Shown: positions 46,655 through 56,576, counted from the stretch's first letter. The stretch is 64,000 bases of DNA from Clostridia bacterium (GCA_030523605.1 JAUNIE010000001.1:8632-72631), one strand, 5' to 3'. Made by a program: numbers and translations. The notes: a model not told the origin generated them from the letters alone.

Positions 46655-47650
46655 GTGGGGGATTTTGTAGTGACTAAAATTAGAACGTTTACAAAAATTG
46701 TATTTTTACTGTGTTTGTCATTGCTTTTCGGTAATTATCAAGTGGGTGCCGTTTCAAAAAATAATTCCGGAAAAGTATCTCAAAGTAGGAAAGTGTCATC
46801 CGGTAAAGATTTTCGGATAGACAGCAGCGGAGTTCTGATGAGTTATAGTGGTACAGCGGAAAATGTTGTGGTTCCAAACGGTGTTAAGTCTATATCTTTT
46901 GGGGCTTTCATGGACCACCCTGAGATAAAAAGTATAAGCCTTCCAAACGGATTGCTGACAATTGATGAATGTGCATTTTATGGTTGTACGTCGCTGAAAA
47001 TGATTGATTTACCAGAAAGCGTAGTTCGTATCGATAGGCTTGCGTTCGGTAGTTGTACTTCGCTTGAGAAAATTTATATGGGTAAAAATGTAAAGGATAT
47101 TGCCGAACTTTTTGTGTGTGATTGCCCGAAATTATGCAAATTTGAAGTGAATGAGAGTAATGAAAACTTCAAAGTGGTTGACGGTATTTTATACAGTAAA
47201 GATATGACCAAATTAATTTTATGTCCTCAAAATACGCCTGAAATTATATCGATACCCGATGAAGTCTTGACGATTAAAGAACAATCATTTTTTGAGTGTA
47301 ACAATTTGAATATAGGTAAAAACGTGAAATATATTGATGAAGCTGCATTTTACGGCTGTAAAAATTTGAAAACTGTTAATATAGGCGATTCAGTAAAGAA
47401 AATTCGTTCGTATGCTTTTGCGGAATGTTCATCACTTGAGGAATTCTGCGTGGGTAAAAATGTTACATATATCGGCAATGGAGCATTTTATAATTGTAAT
47501 AATCTAAACAAATTCACCTGTTTGAATAAGAAAATTGAATTTGGGGCAGATGTTTTTACGCAGGGACTGGGTTTAACGTTCTGTGTTTCAGACAATTCTG
47601 ATGCGTGTGAGTATGCCGTGAGTAATAAATTCAATTTTGAAATTGTGTAA
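46655..47650 (+). CDS. Secreted leucine-rich-repeat protein (BspA-like LRR_5 type)
   Basis: Signal peptide TKIVFLLCLSLLFGNYQVGA. Repeated units of ~23 aa of the form I..I...AF..C..L..I.IP..V (e.g. SISFGAFMDHPEIKSISLPNGL, IDECAFYGCTSLKMIDLPESV). The start may be GTG at 46670. Confidence 0.8.
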   Translation: MGDFVVTKIRTFTKIVFLLCLSLLFGNYQVGAVSKNNSGKVSQSRKVSSGKDFRIDSSGVLMSYSGTAENVVVPNGVKSISFGAFMDHPEIKSISLPNGLLTIDECAFYGCTSLKMIDLPESVVRIDRLAFGSCTSLEKIYMGKNVKDIAELFVCDCPKLCKFEVNESNENFKVVDGILYSKDMTKLILCPQNTPEIISIPDEVLTIKEQSFFECNNLNIGKNVKYIDEAAFYGCKNLKTVNIGDSVKKIRSYAFAECSSLEEFCVGKNVTYIGNGAFYNCNNLNKFTCLNKKIEFGADVFTQGLGLTFCVSDNSDACEYAVSNKFNFEIV

Positions 47651-47662
47651 ATTCGACATAAA

Positions 47663-47693
47663 ACGGCCATAATTTGTGTGTGGCTGTTTTTTT
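47663..47693 (+). terminator. Rho-independent terminator after the LRR gene
   Basis: ACGGCCA / TGGCTGT stem followed by TTTTTTT. Confidence 0.65.
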
Positions 47694-47726
47694 ATGCAAA
47701 AAAAGCGAAAAAACTAAATTTTACTA

Positions 47727-47755
47727 TTGCTTTTCAAAATAGTTTGTGATATGAT
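47727..47755 (+). promoter_or_regulatory. Promoter of the nucleotide translocase gene
   Basis: TTGCTT (47727-47732), 17-nt spacer, TGaTATGAT (the -10 is at 47750-47755). Confidence 0.6.
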
Positions 47756-47817
47756 TAATCGGCAAACCCTAAAATAGGGTAAAGTGATTAAATTTTTTAA
47801 GAAAGGATTTGGTGTCG

Positions 47818-49326
47818 ATGAACGACAAACAATCAACCGGTTCTACGCAACCTGAATTTGGTCGCATAAGATCGGCTCTGTGGCCTGTACACGGCTACGA
47901 AATGAAGAAGTTCCTTTCAATGAGCTTCCTCATGTTTTTCATTCTCTTCGTATACACAATGGTAAGAGATTTGAAAGACCCCTTGGTGCAATATTACGCA
48001 GTAGGAGGCGGCCCTGAGCTTATTTCTCAGCTTAAGCTTTTCTTCGTTATGCCGATGGCATTTTTACTGGTAATGGTGTACTCAACACTTATTAATAAGT
48101 TCGGCTTCAACAAAACATTCTACATAATGATAACATTTTTTGTAGCGTTCTATGTTTTGTTCGTAACGTTCTTATTCCCGCAAAGAGCACTCATTCACCC
48201 CGGCGAAGCCACAGTTAAGGCAATGCAAGAATCCTGGCCCCCGTTCCTTTATTGGACGATTCCGTGTTTGACAAACTGGTCAATCACATTATTCTATGTA
48301 TTCTCCGAGCTTTGGGGAACAATGGCAGTATCGTCACTCTTCTGGCAATTCGCATACAAAGCAACCATGAAAAATGAAGTTAAGAGATTCTTCGGACTTT
48401 ACGCACTTGTTGCAAACGTTGGTGTTATCGGTTCGGGATCACTCCTTAAGTACATATCTCACGCATTCCCCGGTGAAATGTCAATCACCGTGAGCGTTAT
48501 TTGTGCTATTATTGGCGGACTTATCTCCGTGGGACTTTTCGCTTATATCAATGGCGTTGTATTGAAAGACCCGAGATATTTCGATGCATCACAAGTAAAA
48601 GAAAAGAAAAAGAAGGAAAAAGTCGGAGTTATGGACGGAATCAAGATGCTATTCCAAAATCCATATTTGCTCCTCATTTGTACAATCGTAATTTGCTACG
48701 GTGTTGCTATTAACTTCTTTGAAGTTATTTGGAAAGCATACATGAAACTTGCATTTAGAGATCCTAACCAATATCAGGGCATGATGGGAAATCTGTCTAT
48801 TGTTACGGGCGGATTGACTATCGTCGCTTCGATAATCGGTCAGAACATTCTAAGAAAAACAAAATGGAGAACCGCAGCTCTTATTCCTGCCTCCATATTG
48901 GCAATTTTCGGTGGTATATTCTTTGTTATAGTTCTTTATCACAGAGGCGGCGTGAACGAATTCATGGGATTGAATTTAGTTATGTTGGCAGTGTGGTTCG
49001 GACTTGTACAAGATGCACTTTCAAAGAGCGTAAAATATTGTCTATTTGATGCAACCAAGAACATGGCTTACTTGCCGCTTGACGCAGATACAAAGACAAA
49101 AGGTCAAGCAGCGGTCGAAGTTATTGGCGGACGTGCAGGTAAAGCAGGCGCATCTGCAATTCAGACGATTCTTATCAACGTAGTTGCAGCAGGCTCAAAA
49201 CTTACAAGTCACGTAGGAACAATTGCAGTAGTTTTCGCACTTACGGCAATCGGTTGGATTACTTCGGTATTCAAACTCAGCAAAAAATATGAAGCAAAAG
49301 TTGCAGAAAACGCAGCAAAAGAATAA
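47818..49326 (+). CDS. tlc: ATP:ADP antiporter / nucleotide transporter of the Tlc-NTT family (PF03219-like)
   Basis: About 12 TM segments. N-terminus RSALWPVHGYEMKKFLSMSFLMFFILFVYTMVRDLKD. Blocks FSELWGTMAVSSLFWQFA and KYCLFDATKNMAYLPLDADTKTKGQAAVEVIGGRAGKAGAS are nearly identical to the Rickettsia Tlc1 / Chlamydia Npt1 signatures as I recall them. ATG at 47818 after GAAAGGA. Confidence 0.9.
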   Translation: MNDKQSTGSTQPEFGRIRSALWPVHGYEMKKFLSMSFLMFFILFVYTMVRDLKDPLVQYYAVGGGPELISQLKLFFVMPMAFLLVMVYSTLINKFGFNKTFYIMITFFVAFYVLFVTFLFPQRALIHPGEATVKAMQESWPPFLYWTIPCLTNWSITLFYVFSELWGTMAVSSLFWQFAYKATMKNEVKRFFGLYALVANVGVIGSGSLLKYISHAFPGEMSITVSVICAIIGGLISVGLFAYINGVVLKDPRYFDASQVKEKKKKEKVGVMDGIKMLFQNPYLLLICTIVICYGVAINFFEVIWKAYMKLAFRDPNQYQGMMGNLSIVTGGLTIVASIIGQNILRKTKWRTAALIPASILAIFGGIFFVIVLYHRGGVNEFMGLNLVMLAVWFGLVQDALSKSVKYCLFDATKNMAYLPLDADTKTKGQAAVEVIGGRAGKAGASAIQTILINVVAAGSKLTSHVGTIAVVFALTAIGWITSVFKLSKKYEAKVAENAAKE

Positions 49327-49337
49327 TAAATATTTTG

Positions 49338-49376
49338 GAGCGACCGGGAATAGTTCGGTTGCTCTTTTATTTTTTT
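49338..49376 (+). terminator. Rho-independent terminator after the translocase gene
   Basis: 9-bp stem GAGCGACCG / CGGTTGCTC, then TTTTATTTTTTT. Confidence 0.75.
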
Positions 49377-49396
49377 AAAAAAATTTAAGAAAATGC

Positions 49397-49425
49397 TTGC
49401 TTTTATTGAATTTTTATGTTATCAT
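49397..49425 (+). promoter_or_regulatory. Promoter of the S10 ribosomal protein operon
   Basis: TTGCTT (49397-49402), 17-nt spacer, TGtTATCAT (the -10 is at 49420-49425). Leaves a ~280-nt leader before rpsJ. Confidence 0.65.
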
Positions 49426-49712
49426 ACTTAAGTACGACTGCAAATGATATGCGTTGAAGCGGGAGGTTGCGGCATTTATGTCGGTTTTTCCGTGGAGTAT
49501 GTCCGATTTTAAACCGGGCGAAAGTTTTAATGTTTTTAATTCAGGTTTACATATTTATGGTTAAATTTGTATTTAAAATCATACTTTTATCTTATTCGGG
49601 TCGAACGTAAAAGTTTAATCCGTATTTTATTTGCCCAATTTTGGAAACACCCGGGCAAGTGGATAATTTAAAAGTGCGCCCACCACTAAATTTTAAGTAA
49701 GGAGGCGATTTA

Positions 49713-50039
49713 ATGGCAGTCAGAGCCGCAAAGGCTAAAGAAAAAATAAGAATCAGAGTAAAGGGTTATGATCCGCAGTTAGTCGACGGAGCATCTCAAA
49801 AGATCGTTCAGACGGCGTCAAGAACGGGCTCGAAGATTTCAGGTCCGGTACCGCTACCGACCGAAAAGCAAGTCGTAACAATTCTTCGTTCCACACACAT
49901 CAACAAAGATAGCCGTGAACAGTTTGAGATGAGGACCCACAAAAGACTTATTGATGTTCTCAGACCATCAAATAAGACAGTTGATTCTTTAACAAACTTG
50001 GAACTCCCTGCAGGTGTTGAGATTGAGATTAAACTCTAA
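49713..50039 (+). CDS. rpsJ: 30S ribosomal protein S10
   Basis: [15 protein letters not shown]...GPVPLPT and operon position. Confidence 0.96.
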   Translation: MAVRAAKAKEKIRIRVKGYDPQLVDGASQKIVQTASRTGSKISGPVPLPTEKQVVTILRSTHINKDSREQFEMRTHKRLIDVLRPSNKTVDSLTNLELPAGVEIEIKL

Positions 50040-50109
50040 TCAATGGATATGCAGCTGGGGTCATGTTGGCGTTATGGCCAACCAATAACCTAATATAGGA
50101 GGAAAAGAA

Positions 50110-50742
50110 ATGAAAAAAGCAATCCTTGGAAAGAAAATCGGAATGACGCAGATTTTCGATGAAAAAGGAAAAGTCATTCCCGTAACTGTCGTTGAGGCAG
50201 GCCCGTGTGTTGTGTCGCAGAAAAAGACAGTCGAAACAGACGGCTACAACGCAGTTCAAATCGGTTTTGGCGATGTAAGACCAAAACTTGTCAACAAACC
50301 TATGAAAGGACATTTTGACAAATCTGACGTAGCACCCAAGAAAGTGCTCAGAGAGTGCCGTCTTGAAGACATCAGCAGTTACAACGTTGGCGATATAATC
50401 AAAGCAGATGTATTCGCAAACGGCGAAAAAGTCGATGTTGTCGGAACCAGCAAAGGTAAAGGTTATGCAGGCGTTATTAAGCGCTGGAACTTTGGTAGAC
50501 TTAAAGAGTCGCATGGTACCGGACCTGTTGTAAGAAAAGGTGGTTCAATCGGTGCATGTTCGGATCCGTCCAGAGTATTCAAAGGAAAGAAAATGTCCGG
50601 ACATCTTGGGGCTGAGAGGGTTACAGTACAAAATCTCACAGTGGCCAAAGTCGATGCCGAAAACAATCTTATCGCAATCAAAGGAGCAGTGCCTGGCCCG
50701 AACGGCGGCATAGTGATGATTAGCGATAGTGTTAAAGCGTAA
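50110..50742 (+). CDS. rplC: 50S ribosomal protein L3
   Basis: [27 protein letters not shown]. Confidence 0.96.
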   Translation: MKKAILGKKIGMTQIFDEKGKVIPVTVVEAGPCVVSQKKTVETDGYNAVQIGFGDVRPKLVNKPMKGHFDKSDVAPKKVLRECRLEDISSYNVGDIIKADVFANGEKVDVVGTSKGKGYAGVIKRWNFGRLKESHGTGPVVRKGGSIGACSDPSRVFKGKKMSGHLGAERVTVQNLTVAKVDAENNLIAIKGAVPGPNGGIVMISDSVKA

Positions 50743-50758
50743 GGAAGGAGGAATTGTA

Positions 50759-51382
50759 ATGCCTAAAGTAGCAGTACTTGATATGACGGGTAAAGAGGTC
50801 GGAAACGTAGAACTTTCTGATGCGATTTTTGCCATCGAACCGAACATGGCGGTTATGCATGATGTTGTTGTAAATCATCTGGCAAATATGCGTCAAGGGA
50901 CACAAAGCGCTCTTACACGTTCGGAAGTTTCCGGAGGCGGAAGAAAGCCTTGGAGACAAAAAGGAACAGGTCATGCAAGACAAGGTTCTATCAGAGCTCC
51001 GCAGTGGAGACACGGTGGTATCGTATTTGCGCCGAAGCCTCGTGATTACAGCTATACACTTAATAAGAAAGTTAAGCGTTTGGCGATGAAATCTGCATTT
51101 TCCAGCAAAGTTCTCGATAATAACTTGATAGTTTTGGATTCGATGAACCTGGAAAATTATAAAACAAAAGCAGTTGTCGATGTTTTAAATGCAATCGGAG
51201 CAAACGATAAAGCACTCATAGTTTTACCGTCGATGGAAGATAAGATTATAAAATCAGCGAGAAACATTCAGGGAGTAAAGACAGCACAGGTCAATACACT
51301 GAACGTATATGATATGCTCAATGCCCGTAAACTGGTAATACTTAAAGACGCAATCAGCAAAATTGAGGAGGTGTATGCATAA
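50759..51382 (+). CDS. rplD: 50S ribosomal protein L4
   Basis: [15 protein letters not shown]...[23 protein letters not shown] at 50759 after GGAAGGAGG. Confidence 0.96.
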   Translation: MPKVAVLDMTGKEVGNVELSDAIFAIEPNMAVMHDVVVNHLANMRQGTQSALTRSEVSGGGRKPWRQKGTGHARQGSIRAPQWRHGGIVFAPKPRDYSYTLNKKVKRLAMKSAFSSKVLDNNLIVLDSMNLENYKTKAVVDVLNAIGANDKALIVLPSMEDKIIKSARNIQGVKTAQVNTLNVYDMLNARKLVILKDAISKIEEVYA

Positions 51383-51672
51383 TGTTGGCACACGACATCA
51401 TAATCAAACCGATTATTACAGAAAAAACAATGGGTGGTATGCCTAATAAAAAATACACCTTCAAAGTAGCTAAAGAAGCCGGAAAAATCGAAGTAAAAAA
51501 AGCAGTCGAAGAAGTTTTTAAAGTAAAAGTTTCGAAAGTAAATATGCTCAACGTCAGAGGAAAGTTCCGCCGTCACGGCAGATATCAAGGTTATACACCT
51601 TCGTGGAAGAAAGCGTATGTAACCTTGACCCCGGACAGTAAAGCAATCGAATTCTTTGAAGGAATGTTCTAA
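51382..51672 (+). CDS. rplW: 50S ribosomal protein L23
   Basis: [10 protein letters not shown]...[25 protein letters not shown]. Confidence 0.95.
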   Translation: MLAHDIIIKPIITEKTMGGMPNKKYTFKVAKEAGKIEVKKAVEEVFKVKVSKVNMLNVRGKFRRHGRYQGYTPSWKKAYVTLTPDSKAIEFFEGMF

Positions 51673-51673
51673 T

Positions 51674-51847
51674 ATGAAACATTCAAGATCGTACGGCTCT
51701 GTTTTATTTGTGGTCGGAGAAATTATTTCAATCATGTTTGGACTCAAAATTTTTTATGATAATTTTCCGAGCGACATGATGTGGGCCATAATCGGAGCAT
51801 CGCTCGTTATCTTCAATGTTTTAAGTTTAAGATACTATCTTAAGTAG
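51674..51847 (+). CDS. Small hypothetical two-TM membrane protein (57 aa) inserted between rplW and rplB
   Basis: The ATG lies 1 nt after the rplW TAA (TAATATG). MKHSRSYGSVLFVVGEIISIMFGLKIFYDNFPSDMMWAIIGASLVIFNVLSLRYYLK has two clear hydrophobic helices. Confidence 0.5.
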   Translation: MKHSRSYGSVLFVVGEIISIMFGLKIFYDNFPSDMMWAIIGASLVIFNVLSLRYYLK

Positions 51848-51928
51848 TTAGCTTAAGTAGCTAATCGGAAAGCAGAGTAAGGAGGAGTCAGCCTCCGCAA
51901 AGCTTAAATTTTAAGGAGATGAATTTAA

Positions 51929-52762
51929 TTGGCAATTAAGAATTATAAACCGACGACGGCATCAAGACGTAATATGTCGGTTACGGATTATTCAGAGCTG
52001 TCGAAAGTGGCGCCTGAAAAAAGCTTGTTACTGCCGATGAATAAACATGCGGGACGTAACAGCTACGGAAGAATTACCGTTAGACATAGAGGTGGCGGAA
52101 ACCGTAGAAAATATCGTATTATCGATTTCAAACGTCAGAAATTCGGAGTACCAGGTAAAGTCCTGACGCTCGAATACGACCCGAACCGTTCATCGCATAT
52201 CGCACTCGTTGAATATGCAGACGGTGAAAAGAGATACATCATAGCTCCTCAAGGGCTGACCGTCGGACAGGAGATTATCGCAGGAGAAAGCGCCGACATT
52301 AAAACAGGTAACGCACTTCCGCTTGTAAATATCCCCGTAGGTACGTTCGTACACAACATCGAACTTTATCCTGGAAAAGGTGCACAGCTTGCAAGAGCAG
52401 CGGGAATTATGGCTCAGCTCATGGCAAAAGAAGGCAAATATGCACTTTTAAGACTTCCGTCGGGCGAACTCAGAAATGTTCCTGTTGAGTGTATGGCGAC
52501 CATCGGTCAAGTCGGAAATATCGACCATGAAAACGTGAAAATCGGTAAAGCAGGACGTAAACGTAATATGGGTTGGAGACCGCAAGTTCGTGGTTCCGTC
52601 ATGAACCCGTGTGATCACCCGCACGGTGGTGGTGAAGGTAAGTCACCTGTCGGACGTCCGGGCCCAACAACACCTTGGGGCAAACCTGCACTTGGATATA
52701 AGACAAGATCTAAGAAGAAAGCTTCAAATAAATATATTGTTAAACGCAGAAACAGTAAATAA
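51929..52762 (+). CDS. rplB: 50S ribosomal protein L2
   Basis: [14 protein letters not shown]...[11 protein letters not shown] start after AAGGAG. Confidence 0.96.
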   Translation: MAIKNYKPTTASRRNMSVTDYSELSKVAPEKSLLLPMNKHAGRNSYGRITVRHRGGGNRRKYRIIDFKRQKFGVPGKVLTLEYDPNRSSHIALVEYADGEKRYIIAPQGLTVGQEIIAGESADIKTGNALPLVNIPVGTFVHNIELYPGKGAQLARAAGIMAQLMAKEGKYALLRLPSGELRNVPVECMATIGQVGNIDHENVKIGKAGRKRNMGWRPQVRGSVMNPCDHPHGGGEGKSPVGRPGPTTPWGKPALGYKTRSKKKASNKYIVKRRNSK

Positions 52763-52784
52763 TTAGGGAAAGGAGTGCACTATC

Positions 52785-53063
52785 TTGAGTAGAAGTTCGA
52801 AAAAAGGGCCTTATGTGCTTAAATCACTTTATAATAAAGTGAAGAAGATGAATGAATCCGGTGAGAAGAAGATTCTTAAAACTTGGAGCAGACCGTCAAC
52901 GATTTTCCCTGAATTTGTAGGACACACATTTGCAGTGCATGATGGACGCAAACACGTTCCCGTGTATGTAACGGAAGACATGGTTGGTCACAAGTTGGGA
53001 GAATTTGCTCCGACAAGAACATTTAAAGGTCATGCCGGTTCAAAAACCACAGCTAAAAAATAG
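52785..53063 (+). CDS. rpsS: 30S ribosomal protein S19
   Basis: [10 protein letters not shown]...[17 protein letters not shown]. Confidence 0.96.
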   Translation: MSRSSKKGPYVLKSLYNKVKKMNESGEKKILKTWSRPSTIFPEFVGHTFAVHDGRKHVPVYVTEDMVGHKLGEFAPTRTFKGHAGSKTTAKK

Positions 53064-53084
53064 TCAGCGAAAGGAGTTGCAATC

Positions 53085-53420
53085 ATGGAAGCAAAAGCTC
53101 ATTTGAGATATGCCCGTATATCACCGCGAAAAGTTTCTATCGTACTCGATTTAATCAGAAACAAACCGGTTGAATACGCAATGGCGGTACTTAAAAACAC
53201 CCCAAAATCAGCTTGCGAATACCTTGAAAAACTGCTCAAATCGGCAATGGCGAACGCAGTCAATAACTATCAAATGGACGCATCTCGCCTTTATATATCA
53301 GAATGTTTTGTATGTCCAGGACCGATTCTTAAGAGGATTAGACCGATGTCAAAAGGCAGAGCATACAGAATCGAGAAGAGAAGTTCGCACGCTACAATAG
53401 TTCTAAAGGAAAAAGATTAA
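53085..53420 (+). CDS. rplV: 50S ribosomal protein L22
   Basis: [22 protein letters not shown]. Confidence 0.95.
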   Translation: MEAKAHLRYARISPRKVSIVLDLIRNKPVEYAMAVLKNTPKSACEYLEKLLKSAMANAVNNYQMDASRLYISECFVCPGPILKRIRPMSKGRAYRIEKRSSHATIVLKEKD

Positions 53421-53437
53421 GTCAAAGGAGGTTAATT

Positions 53438-54127
53438 ATGGGGCAAAAGGTAAATCCACACGGATTTCGTGTAGGAGTAATTAACAACTGGGACTCACGT
53501 TGGTTTGTAAAGAAGAAAGATTTTGCCGATGCTTTGGTCGAAGACTATAAAATTCGTAAAGTTCTTCTGAAGAAACTTAAAGCGGCAGGAGTACCCAAGA
53601 TTGAAATTGAAAGAGACAATGCAAAAGTACGTTTGCATATTCACTGCGCAAAACCAGGTATTGTAATCGGTAAAGGCGGCGCAGAGATTGAAAAATTAAG
53701 AACATTTTGTGAAAAATTAATCGGAAAACCTGTAGTTATCAATATTATCGAGGTCAAGAACGCTGATGTTAATGCTAAACTCGTAGCAGAAGGCATTGCA
53801 GCACAGCTTGAGAAGAGGGTTTCGTTCAGACGTGCTCTTAAACAAGCTATGGGACGTTCGATGAAAGCAGGAGCAAAGGGTATTAAGACCCAAGTTGCGG
53901 GAAGACTCGGAGGTGCCGAAATCGCAAGAACAGAGCACTATCATGAGGGAACCATTCCGCTTCAGACAATCAGAGCGAATATTGATTATGGTTTTGCGGA
54001 AGCAGCCACAACCTATGGTATTATAGGCGTAAAAGTTTGGATTTATAAAGGCGAAGTTTTGTCGAATGCGCCGAAGAAAGAAGTAAAGAAAGGGGGCAAT
54101 AAAGATGTTGATGCCGAAAAGAACTAA
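53438..54127 (+). CDS. rpsC: 30S ribosomal protein S3
   Basis: [20 protein letters not shown] and the KH domain [10 protein letters not shown]. Confidence 0.96.
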   Translation: MGQKVNPHGFRVGVINNWDSRWFVKKKDFADALVEDYKIRKVLLKKLKAAGVPKIEIERDNAKVRLHIHCAKPGIVIGKGGAEIEKLRTFCEKLIGKPVVINIIEVKNADVNAKLVAEGIAAQLEKRVSFRRALKQAMGRSMKAGAKGIKTQVAGRLGGAEIARTEHYHEGTIPLQTIRANIDYGFAEAATTYGIIGVKVWIYKGEVLSNAPKKEVKKGGNKDVDAEKN

Positions 54128-54533
54128 GTTCAGAAAAGTTCATCGTGGACGCATGAAAGGCCGTGCGCTCAGAGGAAACAAAGTTTCAAACGGTGAATTC
54201 GGATTGCAAGCTTTAGAGCCCGCTTGGATAACTTCGAACCAAATCGAAGCCGCCCGTGTCGCTATGACAAGGTTCTGCAAAAGGGCAGGAAAAGTTTGGA
54301 TAAAGATTTTCCCGGATAAGCCGGTAAGTAAGAAACCCCTTGAAACTCGTATGGGTAAAGGTAAAGGCGCACCGGAATTTTGGGTAGCGGTAATTAAGCC
54401 AGGCAGAGTAATGTTTGAAATCGGCGAAGTGCCGGAAGAAACAGCAAGGGAAGCAATGCGTTTGGCATCGAATAAGTTGCCGATAAAATGCAAATTTGTA
54501 ACAAAGCAGGGAATGGATGGTGAAGTTGAATGA
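54105..54533 (+). CDS. rplP: 50S ribosomal protein L16
   Basis: [19 protein letters not shown]... Confidence 0.96.
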   Translation: MLMPKRTKFRKVHRGRMKGRALRGNKVSNGEFGLQALEPAWITSNQIEAARVAMTRFCKRAGKVWIKIFPDKPVSKKPLETRMGKGKGAPEFWVAVIKPGRVMFEIGEVPEETAREAMRLASNKLPIKCKFVTKQGMDGEVE

Positions 54534-54736
54534 AAATTTCCGAAATCAGAAATTTGAGCGTCGAAGATTTGAAAAATAAGCTCAAAGATTTAAAATCCGA
54601 GCTATTTAATCTTAGATTTCAACTCGCTGTTAATCAGCTTGAAAACCCGATGAGAATTAAAGCGGTGAGAAAAGATATCGCAAGAGTTCAGACAGTCATT
54701 CGTGAAAAAGAGCTTAGTGAAGAAGCAAGTGCATAA
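54530..54736 (+). CDS. rpmC: 50S ribosomal protein L29
   Basis: [24 protein letters not shown]. Confidence 0.94.
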   Translation: MKISEIRNLSVEDLKNKLKDLKSELFNLRFQLAVNQLENPMRIKAVRKDIARVQTVIREKELSEEASA

Positions 54737-54753
54737 CGGAAGGAGGCCATATT

Positions 54754-55008
54754 GTGGAAAGAAATATGAGAAAGACCGAAGTTGGCAAAGTCGTAAGCGA
54801 TAAAATGGATAAAACCATAGTTGTTGCGGTTGAAGACAGCGTTAAGCACTCACTTTACGGAAAAATCGTTAAGCAGACGAAAAGACTTAAAGCGCACGAT
54901 GAAAGCAATGAGTGTAGAGTTGGCGACCGTGTAGAAATTATGGAAACCAGACCTCTGTCCAAGGATAAGAGATGGAGACTTACAAGCATTTTAGAAAAAG
55001 CAAAATAA
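54754..55008 (+). CDS. rpsQ: 30S ribosomal protein S17
   Basis: [16 protein letters not shown]....H.LYGK... Confidence 0.95.
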   Translation: MERNMRKTEVGKVVSDKMDKTIVVAVEDSVKHSLYGKIVKQTKRLKAHDESNECRVGDRVEIMETRPLSKDKRWRLTSILEKAK

Positions 55009-55059
55009 TTTAATAAGGTTAATTAATAAATTTTGACCGGTTAGGAGGAAGGATTAACA

Positions 55060-55428
55060 GTGGTACAGCCTCAAACACGTTTAAAGATAGCCGATAACAC
55101 AGGTGCAAAAGAGATTATGTGTATCAGAGTATTGGGCGGAACTAGAAGAAAATACGCTCATATAGGCGATGTAATAGTTGCTTCCGTTAAAAAAGCAACA
55201 CCCGGAGGCGTTGTCAAGAAGGGCGACGTCGTAAAAGCGGTAGTTGCACGTTCGGTGAGCAAAGTACGCCGTGAAGATGGTTCATATATTAGTTTTGATG
55301 AAAATTCAGCTGTAATTATTAAAGAAGACAAAACTCCAAAGGGCACTCGTATTTTTGGACCTGTCGCAAGAGAATTGCGTGCAAAAGGATACATGAAAAT
55401 ACTTAGCTTGGCCCCTGAAGTTCTGTAA
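55060..55428 (+). CDS. rplN: 50S ribosomal protein L14
   Basis: [26 protein letters not shown]. Confidence 0.96.
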   Translation: MVQPQTRLKIADNTGAKEIMCIRVLGGTRRKYAHIGDVIVASVKKATPGGVVKKGDVVKAVVARSVSKVRREDGSYISFDENSAVIIKEDKTPKGTRIFGPVARELRAKGYMKILSLAPEVL

Positions 55429-55441
55429 CAGGAGGTGTTTA

Positions 55442-55801
55442 TTGTTGGCTAAAGAAAAGATGACAAAAGCGGCACGTTCCGGAAACGGTCAGGTACACGT
55501 CAAGACCGGCGATACCGTAGTTGTTTTAAGTGGTAAAGATAAAGGAAAACAAGGAAAAGTTGTAGCAGTCAGCCCCAAAGAGGCGAAGCTGATTGTTGAA
55601 GGTGTAAACGTAGTTTCAAAACACGTCAAACCCCGCAAGCAAGGTCAGGAGGGCGGCATTATCAAAACAGAAGGTGCGATGTATGCATCGAAAGTTCAGC
55701 TGGTATGCCCTCATTGCGGTAAACGTACACGCATCGCCCATAAGTTTATGGAAGATGGTACGAAAAAACGTAGCTGCAAAAAATGCGGAGACGTTCTGTA
55801 A
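55442..55801 (+). CDS. rplX: 50S ribosomal protein L24 (with CxxC...CxxC in the C-terminal part)
   Basis: [21 protein letters not shown] (KOW). C89/C92/C112/C115. The start may be the internal ATG at 55460. Confidence 0.93.
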   Translation: MLAKEKMTKAARSGNGQVHVKTGDTVVVLSGKDKGKQGKVVAVSPKEAKLIVEGVNVVSKHVKPRKQGQEGGIIKTEGAMYASKVQLVCPHCGKRTRIAHKFMEDGTKKRSCKKCGDVL

Positions 55802-55812
55802 GGAGGATACTA

Positions 55813-56352
55813 ATGGCAAGATTGAGAGATTTCTACAAAGAAGCTGTCCGTGCAAAACTTCAAGAGAAGTTCGCCTATAAAAACGTGATGCAGATTCCGA
55901 AAATCGAGAAAATCGTAATAAACGTCGGCGCAGGCGAGGCGAAAGATAACTCAAAAGTTATTACTTCAATCATCGAAGATTTGACAATAATTACGGGTCA
56001 AAAACCTGTTGTATGTACTGCCAGAAAGTCCGTTGCTAACTTCAAAATTCGTGAAGGCATGAAAATCGGTGCAAAAGTTACCCTCAGGGGCGACAAAATG
56101 TACGAATTTCTGGATAGATTCTTCAACTTGGCACTTCCGAGAGTTAGGGACTTCAGAGGGATTAATCCGAAGTCTTTTGACGGAAAAGGCAACTACAATA
56201 TGGGCGTAAAAGAACAGCTCATATTCCCTGAGATTGAATATGATAAGATTGATAAAATACGTGGTATGGATATATCGATTTCCACAACTGCAAAAACAGA
56301 TGATGAAGCAAGAGAATTACTAAGATTAATGGGTGCACCATTTGCAAAATAG
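55813..56352 (+). CDS. rplE: 50S ribosomal protein L5
   Basis: [12 protein letters not shown]...[19 protein letters not shown] at 55813 after AGGAGG. Confidence 0.96.
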   Translation: MARLRDFYKEAVRAKLQEKFAYKNVMQIPKIEKIVINVGAGEAKDNSKVITSIIEDLTIITGQKPVVCTARKSVANFKIREGMKIGAKVTLRGDKMYEFLDRFFNLALPRVRDFRGINPKSFDGKGNYNMGVKEQLIFPEIEYDKIDKIRGMDISISTTAKTDDEARELLRLMGAPFAK

Positions 56353-56363
56353 GAGGGATTATT

Positions 56364-56549
56364 GTGGCTAAAACATCACTAAAAGTAAAGCAACAGCGTA
56401 AGCAGAAGTTTTCTACCCGTGAATACTCCAGATGTAGATTATGCGGTAGGCCGCATGGTTACCTTCGCAAATTTGGTATATGCCGTATTTGTTTTAGGGA
56501 GCTTGCATACAGAGGAGAAATTCCAGGCATCAGAAAAGCAAGTTGGTAA
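56364..56549 (+). CDS. rpsN: 30S ribosomal protein S14 type Z (zinc-binding, 61 aa)
   Basis: [34 protein letters not shown]. Confidence 0.95.
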   Translation: MAKTSLKVKQQRKQKFSTREYSRCRLCGRPHGYLRKFGICRICFRELAYRGEIPGIRKASW

Positions 56550-56576
56550 AAACTTAAGCAAGGAGGTAAAGTATTT

